From positions 15,556 through 79,555 of the forward strand of contig JAFDYG010000465.1 of the NCBI GenBank assembly GCA_018267545.1: a stretch of 64,000 nt of DNA. Direction: 5' to 3'. Position 1 is the stretch's first letter. Each line of letters begins with the position of its first letter. The translations under genes were made by a program, and so were the position numbers. This DNA is from Bacteroidota bacterium. GTDB taxonomy: Bacteria > Bacteroidota > Bacteroidia > Chitinophagales > Chitinophagaceae. The notes below the pieces were generated by a model, which was not told where the DNA came from, searched no databases, and saw only the letters and a list, made by a program, of their open reading frames with translations. This document shows, in pieces, positions 46,654 through 55,800 of the stretch.

Positions 46654-48417
46654 CTATACAAACAACTCCCGGTCGCGGATCTTGATGGCATCGGTGTAGT
46701 CTTCCTCCCACCAGGCCTTGTCGCTGGGCTTAACCGGAGGCTTGGCCAGCTCCAGGACCTTCTTCTTCTTATCCGCCGATGCCTGGATATTCCGAAATTC
46801 GTAGTGGTCGAAGATACGGACCGCTTCGATCATGTAGGAAGTAGCCACGCGCCGGTCCTTTATGACAAATAGATTCTCGCCATTCTTCGTATCCGCGGCC
46901 ACCGAGAAGTTATAAGAACCAAAGTAAACCCGAGCGGTTGGTTTGTCGAAATCGATAACCACGAACTTGTGGTGCATCCGCGTTCCAGAACCGCCGGTGG
47001 CTTCCTCCTTGAAAGGCTGGGGAAGATCGTCCGCGCCAAGGGCCGCAGGGGCAACGGGAAGCTTGTTTCCGTCCGGGTCGGTTACGGTGATACCGCCGAC
47101 CTTCTTGTCCGAGATGCCATAAACAAAAATCTCTTTTTCGTTGGTGACCTTTTTGATTGCGTCGAGGATCACACCGGGGGTTTCGTACAGGAACGCCAGA
47201 GAGTAGAAGCAGGAAGAAGTGGTATTATTGGAAATGTCGTCCGCTACTTCATTAAGACGTTCGTTGTCGTCGGCATGCGGAGAAAAGCTGACCCTGGCGT
47301 CGATGCCTTGAAGGCCCAGGTCATTCCAGGCCGAAGCACCGGGGCTGGTGCCGAAGTCGGCGGGAAGATCGCTCGCCCAATAGGCGTCGAATGCTTCGGT
47401 AAAGACCTGAACCGCAGTAGCGCCGGAGACGAGGGCGGCATTGTTATTTTGGACGAAAAATCCGCGCCAGCTGAGATTTGTCGAGCCACCGATCGCTTTC
47501 TGGACGGTAGGGCCATCTACGATGATCGTTTTATTATGCTGCAGGCTGCCCATATGCTGACGCTTGACGTTCTCACGCCCAGCCGACGCCACAAGGATAT
47601 CCTCGGCCTGGTTCTCCGCCGAACCTTCCTTCTTATGGTCGGCGCTATTGTCGATGATGACGCGAACGCGATTGCCCAGTCTCACCAGCCGGTCCACCAC
47701 GTCGGGCTCGTTGAAGTCATAAGCTACGACCATCACCTTTGCCTCGGTATCGGCAATCGCTTCGTCCAGCAATTTCAATATCTCTCGATAGGCTTCAAAG
47801 CCCATCCAGGTGTAGGCCTGCTTGGCCTTAGGGTGGGTAGGCGTAAAGGTCAGGCCTTTCTTGGCGCTGGCCGGGAGCAGGGTCGAGATCTTTCCATCCT
47901 GGGAATAATAGTCCACGAAAGCCTGACTACTCACAAAGCCGCGCGTAAAGGCGATGTTAAGCTGACCGGGATAAGTCTCCGAGGCCAGGACGATGTCAGC
48001 GGTCTGGGCTTCTCCATAGGAGAGTTCGTCCGTAGCTGTCATAAAGACCGGTGTGACGCGGTACGTAAAATTTCCGGGCAGATCAGCATTCAATGGGAAG
48101 TGAACCCAGCGGAACTTCTGGATGGGCGCCCGAAGCGTCGAGAACTTATTGGTGTCTTTTGATTTTGTCTGTCCAGGGAAGGTGAGGCGATTCTGCAGCG
48201 CCCAAAACTTATTGCCGTTGGGCTCCTTGTATTCGATGGCAAAGCCCACAAAATCGTTTGACGGACGGCCGTTCTTCCAGTTCATGGCGAGCAGGGCCAT
48301 GCCTTCGCCGCGGTGGATTTTTAGGGTGAACAGGGCGTTGGGGTTGCTGCCGGTTACCTGTGAGGGAGGGCCCGGCGATACAGCGGGCGTTAGAGGGGTA
48401 GCTAATACGGGGTTCAT
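46654..48417 (-). CDS. Phospholipase D superfamily protein with two HKD motifs and an N-terminal Ig/FN3-like domain
   Basis: HKD1 is LQHNKTIIVDG (His codon 47536..47538). HKD2 is MHHKFVVIDFD (His codon 46972..46974). The ~190-aa N-terminal beta-rich domain precedes them. Confidence 0.8.
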   Translation of the reverse strand: MNPVLATPLTPAVSPGPPSQVTGSNPNALFTLKIHRGEGMALLAMNWKNGRPSNDFVGFAIEYKEPNGNKFWALQNRLTFPGQTKSKDTNKFSTLRAPIQKFRWVHFPLNADLPGNFTYRVTPVFMTATDELSYGEAQTADIVLASETYPGQLNIAFTRGFVSSQAFVDYYSQDGKISTLLPASAKKGLTFTPTHPKAKQAYTWMGFEAYREILKLLDEAIADTEAKVMVVAYDFNEPDVVDRLVRLGNRVRVIIDNSADHKKEGSAENQAEDILVASAGRENVKRQHMGSLQHNKTIIVDGPTVQKAIGGSTNLSWRGFFVQNNNAALVSGATAVQVFTEAFDAYWASDLPADFGTSPGASAWNDLGLQGIDARVSFSPHADDNERLNEVADDISNNTTSSCFYSLAFLYETPGVILDAIKKVTNEKEIFVYGISDKKVGGITVTDPDGNKLPVAPAALGADDLPQPFKEEATGGSGTRMHHKFVVIDFDKPTARVYFGSYNFSVAADTKNGENLFVIKDRRVATSYMIEAVRIFDHYEFRNIQASADKKKKVLELAKPPVKPSDKAWWEEDYTDAIKIRDRELFV

Positions 48418-48543
48418 AAAATAAAGTATAAAGGTGTAGTCGAAATGACTACGTTAAAAGTAAACAAATACGCCTTCCCCATCAAATTCTGCTATCAGGA
48501 TGCGGCGCCGATTCCTACATTCGTCCCCCACAAACCTTATCAA

Positions 48544-49830
48544 ATGTCGACCAGACCCAGAAAAATAACCTTTCTGATCTCCGTTCTTGCTTTTTTGATC
48601 CCGACCTTTCTCATCGAGCGGAATATCTTACAGCATACAGGCGGGGAATTTACACTTCCATGGGATGGTTCCTTTACCAATATTGCGGTCGGAAAGAACC
48701 TGGCTTTTTTCGGCGTCTGGGGATTGTCGAAGTCTGTGTTTCAAGCCGCGTCCTCATCGATACTGTATCCCCTGACCCTGGTACCGTTCTTTTTTATAGC
48801 CGGGGCGCACCTGATTATCGCCCTGATAGTCAATGGGATCGCAGCGGCATTCTTGCTTTGGGTATTACAACGGGAGATGATTCGCCGCGGTCTGTCCCCG
48901 ATGGGTCAGCTGGCGATCCTGCTGATGATTGTCTTTTGCCTGCCCCTACCCTTGCTGGTTATCAGCGGGATGGAGTTTACCCTTTTCTTACTCATACTGG
49001 CCTTATTCGTCATCGCCTTCTCAAGACCACTACACTGGCGGCTATACGTATATGGCGCATTGTTGGTAGCCGTTCGCTATGAGGGTTTGTTGATAGTCGC
49101 GGCATTTGCGGGTCTGCTCCTTTACCGAAAACAGCAGGTCGCTGCAGCACGGCTCCTTCTGGCCGCAATCGTTCCGATTGTCGGTTTTGGACTTATTTCC
49201 TTATCCAAAGAAAGCCCATTTCTTCCTCCGGCTCTTCTACAGATAAGAAATATCGACGTATATGCGGCTACGATCATCGGGACAATACTGATTATTGGGG
49301 TGGTCTTTGTACCATTGCCTTATAAAAAACCCTGGCTGGCTTGTTCCGTGCTTGGCATCATCGCGCTGGTAAGGACCTGGGAGGCACTCGGCGGAGTCAC
49401 CGCCGCGTCGGTTGGCGTCTGGCGCCAGCAGATGGAAGTGGCGAAGTTTGTTCGCCGGTATTACAACCGTTATGGCGTGAGCGTGAATGAGATTGGAGTC
49501 GTATCCTACTTCACCGATGGCCGGAAGGTGGACCTGACGGGGGTGGCCAATTATTCGCCGAAGTGGGGAATGCCCAAATGGGACCAGAAGAAACGGTTTC
49601 ACTGGTCGCCACTGACTTCGGATTCGCTTAGTTATTGGGAAGGCGCAATGGTGGCGATCATGACCGGACCAAAGTCGGATGAAAAGCCGGTGGGCCGCTG
49701 GGGAAAGGTGGCTTCCTGGAACAATATTCATTTCTACGCCCTGGATACGTCGATAGCCAGGAGGCTTAGAAATAATCTGCGGGACTATGAAAAGACGCTG
49801 CCTACGAGTGTCCAGGTACAATATTATTGA
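48544..49830 (+). CDS. Polytopic integral membrane protein (GT-C/ArnT-like topology?)
   Basis: It has about 9-10 hydrophobic helices followed by a ~130-aa soluble tail. The start is set at ATG 48544 (MSTRPRKITFLISVLAF) rather than at 48445. Confidence 0.55.
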   Translation: MSTRPRKITFLISVLAFLIPTFLIERNILQHTGGEFTLPWDGSFTNIAVGKNLAFFGVWGLSKSVFQAASSSILYPLTLVPFFFIAGAHLIIALIVNGIAAAFLLWVLQREMIRRGLSPMGQLAILLMIVFCLPLPLLVISGMEFTLFLLILALFVIAFSRPLHWRLYVYGALLVAVRYEGLLIVAAFAGLLLYRKQQVAAARLLLAAIVPIVGFGLISLSKESPFLPPALLQIRNIDVYAATIIGTILIIGVVFVPLPYKKPWLACSVLGIIALVRTWEALGGVTAASVGVWRQQMEVAKFVRRYYNRYGVSVNEIGVVSYFTDGRKVDLTGVANYSPKWGMPKWDQKKRFHWSPLTSDSLSYWEGAMVAIMTGPKSDEKPVGRWGKVASWNNIHFYALDTSIARRLRNNLRDYEKTLPTSVQVQYY

Positions 49831-52800
49831 GTCGCCTTCTCGATAAGATACTCTGGGTCTTTGATGATACTTAGATACTGCGTCTTGTCGCGATAATCCG
49901 AATACACGACGGTTTTATTGACACCAATAATGACTAGAAGGCGACCGCTCAAGGCATAGAACTCTTTTAGCTTGAGCTGCTCTAAGGCGCGCTTGATCGA
50001 TTCCTGTTTATTTTTGAAATAGGTTTCCGAAGTATTCGCCAGCTTTCTGCTAAATAAATGGACCAGGTAATTGACACAGTCCAGGTCGGTTGGTTCTTCG
50101 GGCAGCGTATTATCGGTTAGCTCGGACCAATCTATATATGACTTTGCATCGAAAGAGGCGTATAGGACGTGATTGGTGTTTAGGAAGAGTCTTTTATTGC
50201 TGGGCCGCATAATCAGTACTCTATTCCATTCTTCGGGGAGCTTGATCTTGCTCATTTCGAGACCACTATTCCAAACATTGGCAAGGCTGGTGACAACGGG
50301 AAGGGGTGTATATGGGTCCTCCTCTATAAAGCCAGCTTCGTACTCCAGGCGTAACCCGTCATCCCAGCGGGCCGAAATGCCGTCATAGGTTTGCAGGATT
50401 CGCATAAGCTGCAAGGGCTGGCCCCGGTACGTAAGATTTGGAAGCGTAGTCAGCTTCTGATTCGACTCGATCATCGGAAACTTTATCTTCTCCCAGAGCA
50501 GATCACGATTTTCGGGCTGTCGATAAGTCCAATAGAATTCGGTGGGGATTTTTAAGTTAACGGGCTGGTTTAGTACGGCGTAGGGGTTATCGAATTCGGC
50601 CAGTCGGCTATTCACCAGCTCCAATAACCGTGTCTCGAAGAAGGTCTTTAGTTCAGTAGCGAGCTCCTCCATCATCAGCTGCCGCCGGGAAACGGAGACA
50701 CGCTTCTCGTCGACGACTTCAAGGTCGAATTCGACGAAGAAGGAAAGCGAAGTGTCGGGGTCGCTCATGCTCAGGTTCGACTCGATATTCATCCCTTTCA
50801 GGCTGACGTTGCTCAAGTTGTTATTGGGAATCCAGCAGTATCCCTTCCCATCCGCTTCTACTATATAATGCCGGTCCGCTTGTATCCGTTCCCGCATATA
50901 GTAAAAGCTGTTTCCTTTTAACAGCTTGAAATAAGGTATATATATCCGGTATTTACCGAGACCCTGGTATTCCCCTTCCTCGACGATGAAATCCATAGCG
51001 GCGGCGATTTCTTCGATCAGGGGAGCCGCGTCGAAGTCGTCGTCTTCCAGGTGTTCCTCCAGCTCTTCCAGCAAGTTTAATTTGATATCCTCCGGCGAAT
51101 TGGTCCAGCCAGGCCCAAGTTGCAACCCGTCTTCATCCAGAAACGATTCATAGCTCAACGCACAGGGAGTTTTCGAGACGTCTTTCTTCAGGAAGTCCCT
51201 AAACTTCTCGTCCCAGGCGACAATGTCACTCACTACGTCCTCTCGCAGGCGGAGTTCGATGGTAGTGCCACTGGGAGACTTGCTTAGGCGTTTCAGCTCA
51301 CCGAAATCGTGGGTTCCATTTATCTCGAACTGCCATGCTACTGACTCGTCGTCGTCATAGCCGGTATTCGAATGACGCTTCGTTTTTATAATCAGTCTAT
51401 CGGCCAGCATGAAATAGCTGAGCACCCCGATTCCAAATTGTCCGGTCCGGCCCAGGTGGAAACCCCGCTCTTCGCACTGGCGTTCCAGCTCCCGTATTTC
51501 GTGACGCTTGGAGACTCCATTTACGAGAAAGAATTGCTCGATGATTCCGCGGGTCATGCCCACTCCCTGGTCCTTGCAAACCAGCCAGCAGCCGTCCGGC
51601 CGTTGCTCCAGCGAAATCTGTATCTTATTTAGCTTTGCAAGGGTGGGTATTTCACTTACGTCGCGGTCTTCCATGATGATTGCGTAGGCGATCTTTTCCT
51701 TGATGGCGTCGAAACAGTTTTGGATCAGCTCTCTATAAGCTGCTATCGAGTCGCCATAAAGCTGGTTACCACCTAGGAGCTCGAGGATCTTAGCCATATT
51801 GGGCCGAAAGGCGCCGTGGATAAACACATAAGCGTTGTCTCGAGGTTGAATATCGCACAGGATCTGGGGATTGATGACCCATTCATAGCCTTCTATAGCG
51901 CCGACGGGGGAATAGTTCAGGGGTTTTAGCCTAATCAGCTCGTTGCTCAGTTTCAGTTCGTTTTCGATCCACTGAACCGTCTCCTCGACCGCCTTATGAA
52001 GGAGCGCACGCTCTGGCCGAGCATATACGGAGTATTGGTGCTCCTTTAATAATAGGGTGAACTGGCTATCTTTCTGCCAGTAGACAAGACTTCCCGGGCT
52101 GACGGCGCGATGCGTAAGCAGCACCTCGGGGGTTCGTTCGGGGTCGTTTTCCATCACATCTGCGACTCGCAGGCATATAGCCAGATAGCGAAGGTGCACG
52201 GTCACGCCCGGCGCTACGATACGGGGGTCAAAGCCGCTGCCCAATAGATGGTCGAGGCCATAGTGGTGACTCTTGCAGACTTTGATGAGGTCATCCCACC
52301 AGGAGCCATAGTTCTTCCAGGTGGTACCGCTGAAGTTCTTTTTGATCCAGTCGCCACTCCAGTCGTTGTGTTTGTGGCGTATGTAGTACGATAGAATATA
52401 ATTGGAAAGTGAGATGTCTTTTACCAGATCCTTGCGGATGTCGAGGGATTGCAAGCGTTCGTTATTGTCGACCCATCGTTGAAACTGGGTAATTTCGTCC
52501 TCCGAAAGTCCTTCCTTCTTTTCGACGAGGTATAGGTAATGACGTTGTACGGAGTCATAGTCTGGGCTCATGCCGATGTCGTGGAGATAGGCGCTGAGCA
52601 GGAGCAGGGTAAGGTCGTAATCGGATAGGATGGATTTTGTCTTCTCGGGCATGAGCTCCCACATGCGTTCGGCTACGCGAAAAGAATGTTCGGCGTCGTG
52701 GAGGGTGAAATCTTTGGGGGTGGTGCCGCCTTTGTTCAATATTTGCTCGATGGCGGGCATGACCTCGGGGCGGTTGAGGAAGTTGAAGGCAAAGGCGGCG

Positions 52801-52865
52801 TAGTCACCCTGGCGGGTCTTCAACGCCTGATAGATTTTCGTGTCTTCCCAGTTCTTGTTTGGCAT
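49824..52865 (-). CDS. HD-phosphohydrolase / GHKL (Hsp90-MORC-like) ATPase fusion protein, paralog 1 (1013 aa)
   Basis: The HD domain has FTLHDAEHSFRVAERM...LLSAYLHDIGMSP (HD codons 52578..52583). The GHKL domain has N-box YRELIQNCFDAIKE, G1 box KDQGVGMT and G2 box GRTGQFGIGVLSYF. The C-terminal region of about 420 aa is uncharacterised. Confidence 0.75.
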   Translation of the reverse strand: MPNKNWEDTKIYQALKTRQGDYAAFAFNFLNRPEVMPAIEQILNKGGTTPKDFTLHDAEHSFRVAERMWELMPEKTKSILSDYDLTLLLLSAYLHDIGMSPDYDSVQRHYLYLVEKKEGLSEDEITQFQRWVDNNERLQSLDIRKDLVKDISLSNYILSYYIRHKHNDWSGDWIKKNFSGTTWKNYGSWWDDLIKVCKSHHYGLDHLLGSGFDPRIVAPGVTVHLRYLAICLRVADVMENDPERTPEVLLTHRAVSPGSLVYWQKDSQFTLLLKEHQYSVYARPERALLHKAVEETVQWIENELKLSNELIRLKPLNYSPVGAIEGYEWVINPQILCDIQPRDNAYVFIHGAFRPNMAKILELLGGNQLYGDSIAAYRELIQNCFDAIKEKIAYAIIMEDRDVSEIPTLAKLNKIQISLEQRPDGCWLVCKDQGVGMTRGIIEQFFLVNGVSKRHEIRELERQCEERGFHLGRTGQFGIGVLSYFMLADRLIIKTKRHSNTGYDDDESVAWQFEINGTHDFGELKRLSKSPSGTTIELRLREDVVSDIVAWDEKFRDFLKKDVSKTPCALSYESFLDEDGLQLGPGWTNSPEDIKLNLLEELEEHLEDDDFDAAPLIEEIAAAMDFIVEEGEYQGLGKYRIYIPYFKLLKGNSFYYMRERIQADRHYIVEADGKGYCWIPNNNLSNVSLKGMNIESNLSMSDPDTSLSFFVEFDLEVVDEKRVSVSRRQLMMEELATELKTFFETRLLELVNSRLAEFDNPYAVLNQPVNLKIPTEFYWTYRQPENRDLLWEKIKFPMIESNQKLTTLPNLTYRGQPLQLMRILQTYDGISARWDDGLRLEYEAGFIEEDPYTPLPVVTSLANVWNSGLEMSKIKLPEEWNRVLIMRPSNKRLFLNTNHVLYASFDAKSYIDWSELTDNTLPEEPTDLDCVNYLVHLFSRKLANTSETYFKNKQESIKRALEQLKLKEFYALSGRLLVIIGVNKTVVYSDYRDKTQYLSIIKDPEYLIEKATQ

Positions 52866-52873
52866 GGTTAAAG

Positions 52874-55800
52874 TTACTGCGTTTGATCTCTTTCTACAAT
52901 TTTGATCAGATATTCCGGGGTATCGAGATAGGGGGCATAAGAATCCATGGTTTCTTCTCTAAAATAATCAAATCCCTCCTCGTCAATTCTAGAGACTGTA
53001 GACATTAGAAAATAAATCTCTTTTAATCCCAGTGTCTTGAAGATCCCTTCCATCATATCCGGATACAATTCGTATAGCGCTTCCCACTTATCTGGAGAAA
53101 AACTGTAAGCAGCATATATTATAAATGAAACGCATTCCACTTTGTTGTTAACATCAGGGCTTGCTTCTCCGCTGTCAAACTTGAAAAATTTAACAAAGGT
53201 ATCTTCGTCATAATACTTAACGAGAGGATGATTGCCGTTCAAGACATTTTTAGAATGGTTGCTTTCCATGAGGAGTATTTTGTTCCATGAACTGGGCAAT
53301 ACGACTTCGTGAAAAAAAATATCCTTTCCGATCGGTTTTCCATCCATTACAAGGAATGGATAAGAGGTATCGTCCGGTTTAAAAGCCAACCGATAGTATA
53401 ATTTAAAGTAAATATCTAAATCCATGCCACCACCGAAGCTGTCTGAATTGGAAATATATTTTTTTAATTCAAATCTTAAACGCTGGAGTTTTTCTCCATC
53501 CAGGACCAGGTCATTATATCTGTAGTCGGCCTCGCTGGCCTTGAAATGGGTGGAGTCATCTACTGCGGGGTATTTGATCTTCTCCCAAATAACCGAGTCT
53601 TTGAAATTTTCGTACGGACTAGCAGTCGCCCAATATGGTTCCTTAGGCACAAATCCTAAGTGTAAACTACCCAACATTGAATAGCAATTATCAAACATAG
53701 CCCTATTCTTCAGGAACAAACCATCCACCCTTTCTTGTAATCGTTGTCGCACTGCCTGGAGGAACAGATCGTCACACATCATCTCTTTTCTATTTACCTG
53801 CAATTTGGATGAGCCCAGCTCTTCGAAATCCAATTCAAGATATATGTGCTTAAACCATCTGTCTAACGATTGCGACAATTCAATCTGTATCCCTTTCAGG
53901 CTGAGAAGAGGAATGAGATCGGGTGACCATATATGGCCGTTTCCTATCTCGTTGATAAAATGAATGCCCTCATGCATTTGTTCCTTTAGAAAAACAAGCG
54001 AATTCCCTTTTTTTAATTTGAAATAAGGGATATGCAATCTATACTTCACGAAATCGGAAACGATTCCTTCTTCTTCAATAAAACAGATACTTTTTCTAAT
54101 TTCTTCAACCGTCTCTTCATATATTAATGCAAAGGCTTTTCTCAGTTCTTTATCTTGATGCGTCAAAAGCGCTTTGTCATTATCTTCACTTTTTCGTACA
54201 AGTCCTGACTTTTCTATAATCTTATCTATTATATCCTGATGCCCGGCCGTCCAGCCCGCTTCAAGCCTCACCGTCCGGCCTGAAAAAGACTTGTAATGAA
54301 GCGTGCAAGGGGCCCTTCGAACATTTGTTTTAAATAACTTCTCAAACTCTGTGTCCCAGGTATCGATCGCGCCTACGATTTCTTTTTTGAGCTTCAGTTC
54401 GATCTTTGTTCCGCTCTTTAGACTTTTCTCCTTAGCCAGCTCGCCAAAATCGTGTCTACCATTGATCTCGAATCGCCATCCGATAGATTCCTCGTCGCGA
54501 TAGCCCGTATTGAGCTCCCGTTTTGTCTGGATGACGATCTTGTCGGCCAGCATAAAGTAGCTAAGGACCCCGATTCCAAATTGTCCCGTACGGCCCAGGT
54601 TGAATCCTCTTCGCTTACATTCTCGTTCCAGTTCCATGATCTCGTGCCGTCTCGACACCCCGCTCTGGAGGAAGTACCGCTCGATGACCCCTTTGGTCAT
54701 CCCTACCCCGCCGTCTTCGCAAACCAGCCAGTACTCGTCGCCGCGCCGCTCCAGGGAGATAGTGACGTTGATCAATTTACCCCAAATTGTTGCCCCCTCG
54801 ACAGGCTCCAGGTCATTTGTGATAATTTGATAGGCTATTCGTTCCTTAACGGCGTCGAAAGCATTTTGGATAATTTCGCGGAAGGCCCAGATCGAGTCGC
54901 CGTATAATTGGTTACCGCCTAGGAGCTCGAGTATTTTGGCCGTATTGGGCCGGAAGGCACCTTGTATATATTCGTATGTTCCCGGCTTGGGCTGGATATC
55001 TCGCTTGATGATCGGTTCTACCGCCCATAGATACCCTTTTAACTCTAAGGAAGGTGAGTGTGTCAGCGGGCGCAGCCGCACCAGTTCTTCGCAGAGTCTT
55101 AGCTCCTGCTCGATCTGATCGGCGGTATCCTCGATGGCCTTATGGATAAATGCTTTATCGGGACGGGCAACGATGACATATCCGCTGCCCTTCTGTCTCG
55201 TAGCAAATTGGTGATCTTTTAGCCAGTACTTCAGGCTGTTTTCGCTCACCTGGCGGTGTGTCAAAATCACTTCCGGCGTCCGTTCGGGATCGTTCTCCAT
55301 GACGTCGGCTGCCCGCAGACAGATAGCCAGGTAGCGCAGGTGAACGATAGCTTCATCACCGATGGGCTTAGGATCAAAATCTCCTTTTAGCAGATGATCG
55401 AGCCCTTCGTGATGACTCTTACAGACAAGAACCAGGTCATCGACCCAGTGTAAATAATTCTTCAGGGGAAGCGCCGTCAGGTTTGTGTTGATCCAGTCAC
55501 CGCTCCAATCGTTGTGCTTGTGTCGGATGTAATAAGATAGAATATAGTCCGAGAGCCTTTCGTCATTCACCACTGCTTTCCGAATGTCTAACCCTCCGGC
55601 GCCTTCGTCATTGTCTATCCATTCCTGAAGTTCTTTGACCTCTTCTTCCGATAATAAGCCGCTTCCCGTCTCGCTTGTCAGAAAGCCATGATGCCGCTGC
55701 ACCCGGTCAAACTCCGGGCTCATTCCTATATCGTGCAGGTAGGCGCTCAGCAGCAGCAAACCCAGCTCATAATCCGAAAGCACCTCTTTGGTTTCGTCGG

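Noticed and set aside
46969-48162. A 397-aa plus-strand ORF antisense to the PLD gene. Similar long antisense ORFs lie at 36235..37023 (in the CHAT gene), 40773..41540 (in the nurA-like gene), 4812..5453 (in the lptF-like gene) and 10390..10800 (in the glcG-like gene).
   Set aside because: Each overlaps a gene with clear catalytic motifs on the other strand. Their translations are Arg/Gly/Asp/Val-rich without motifs, so they are codon-bias artefacts.
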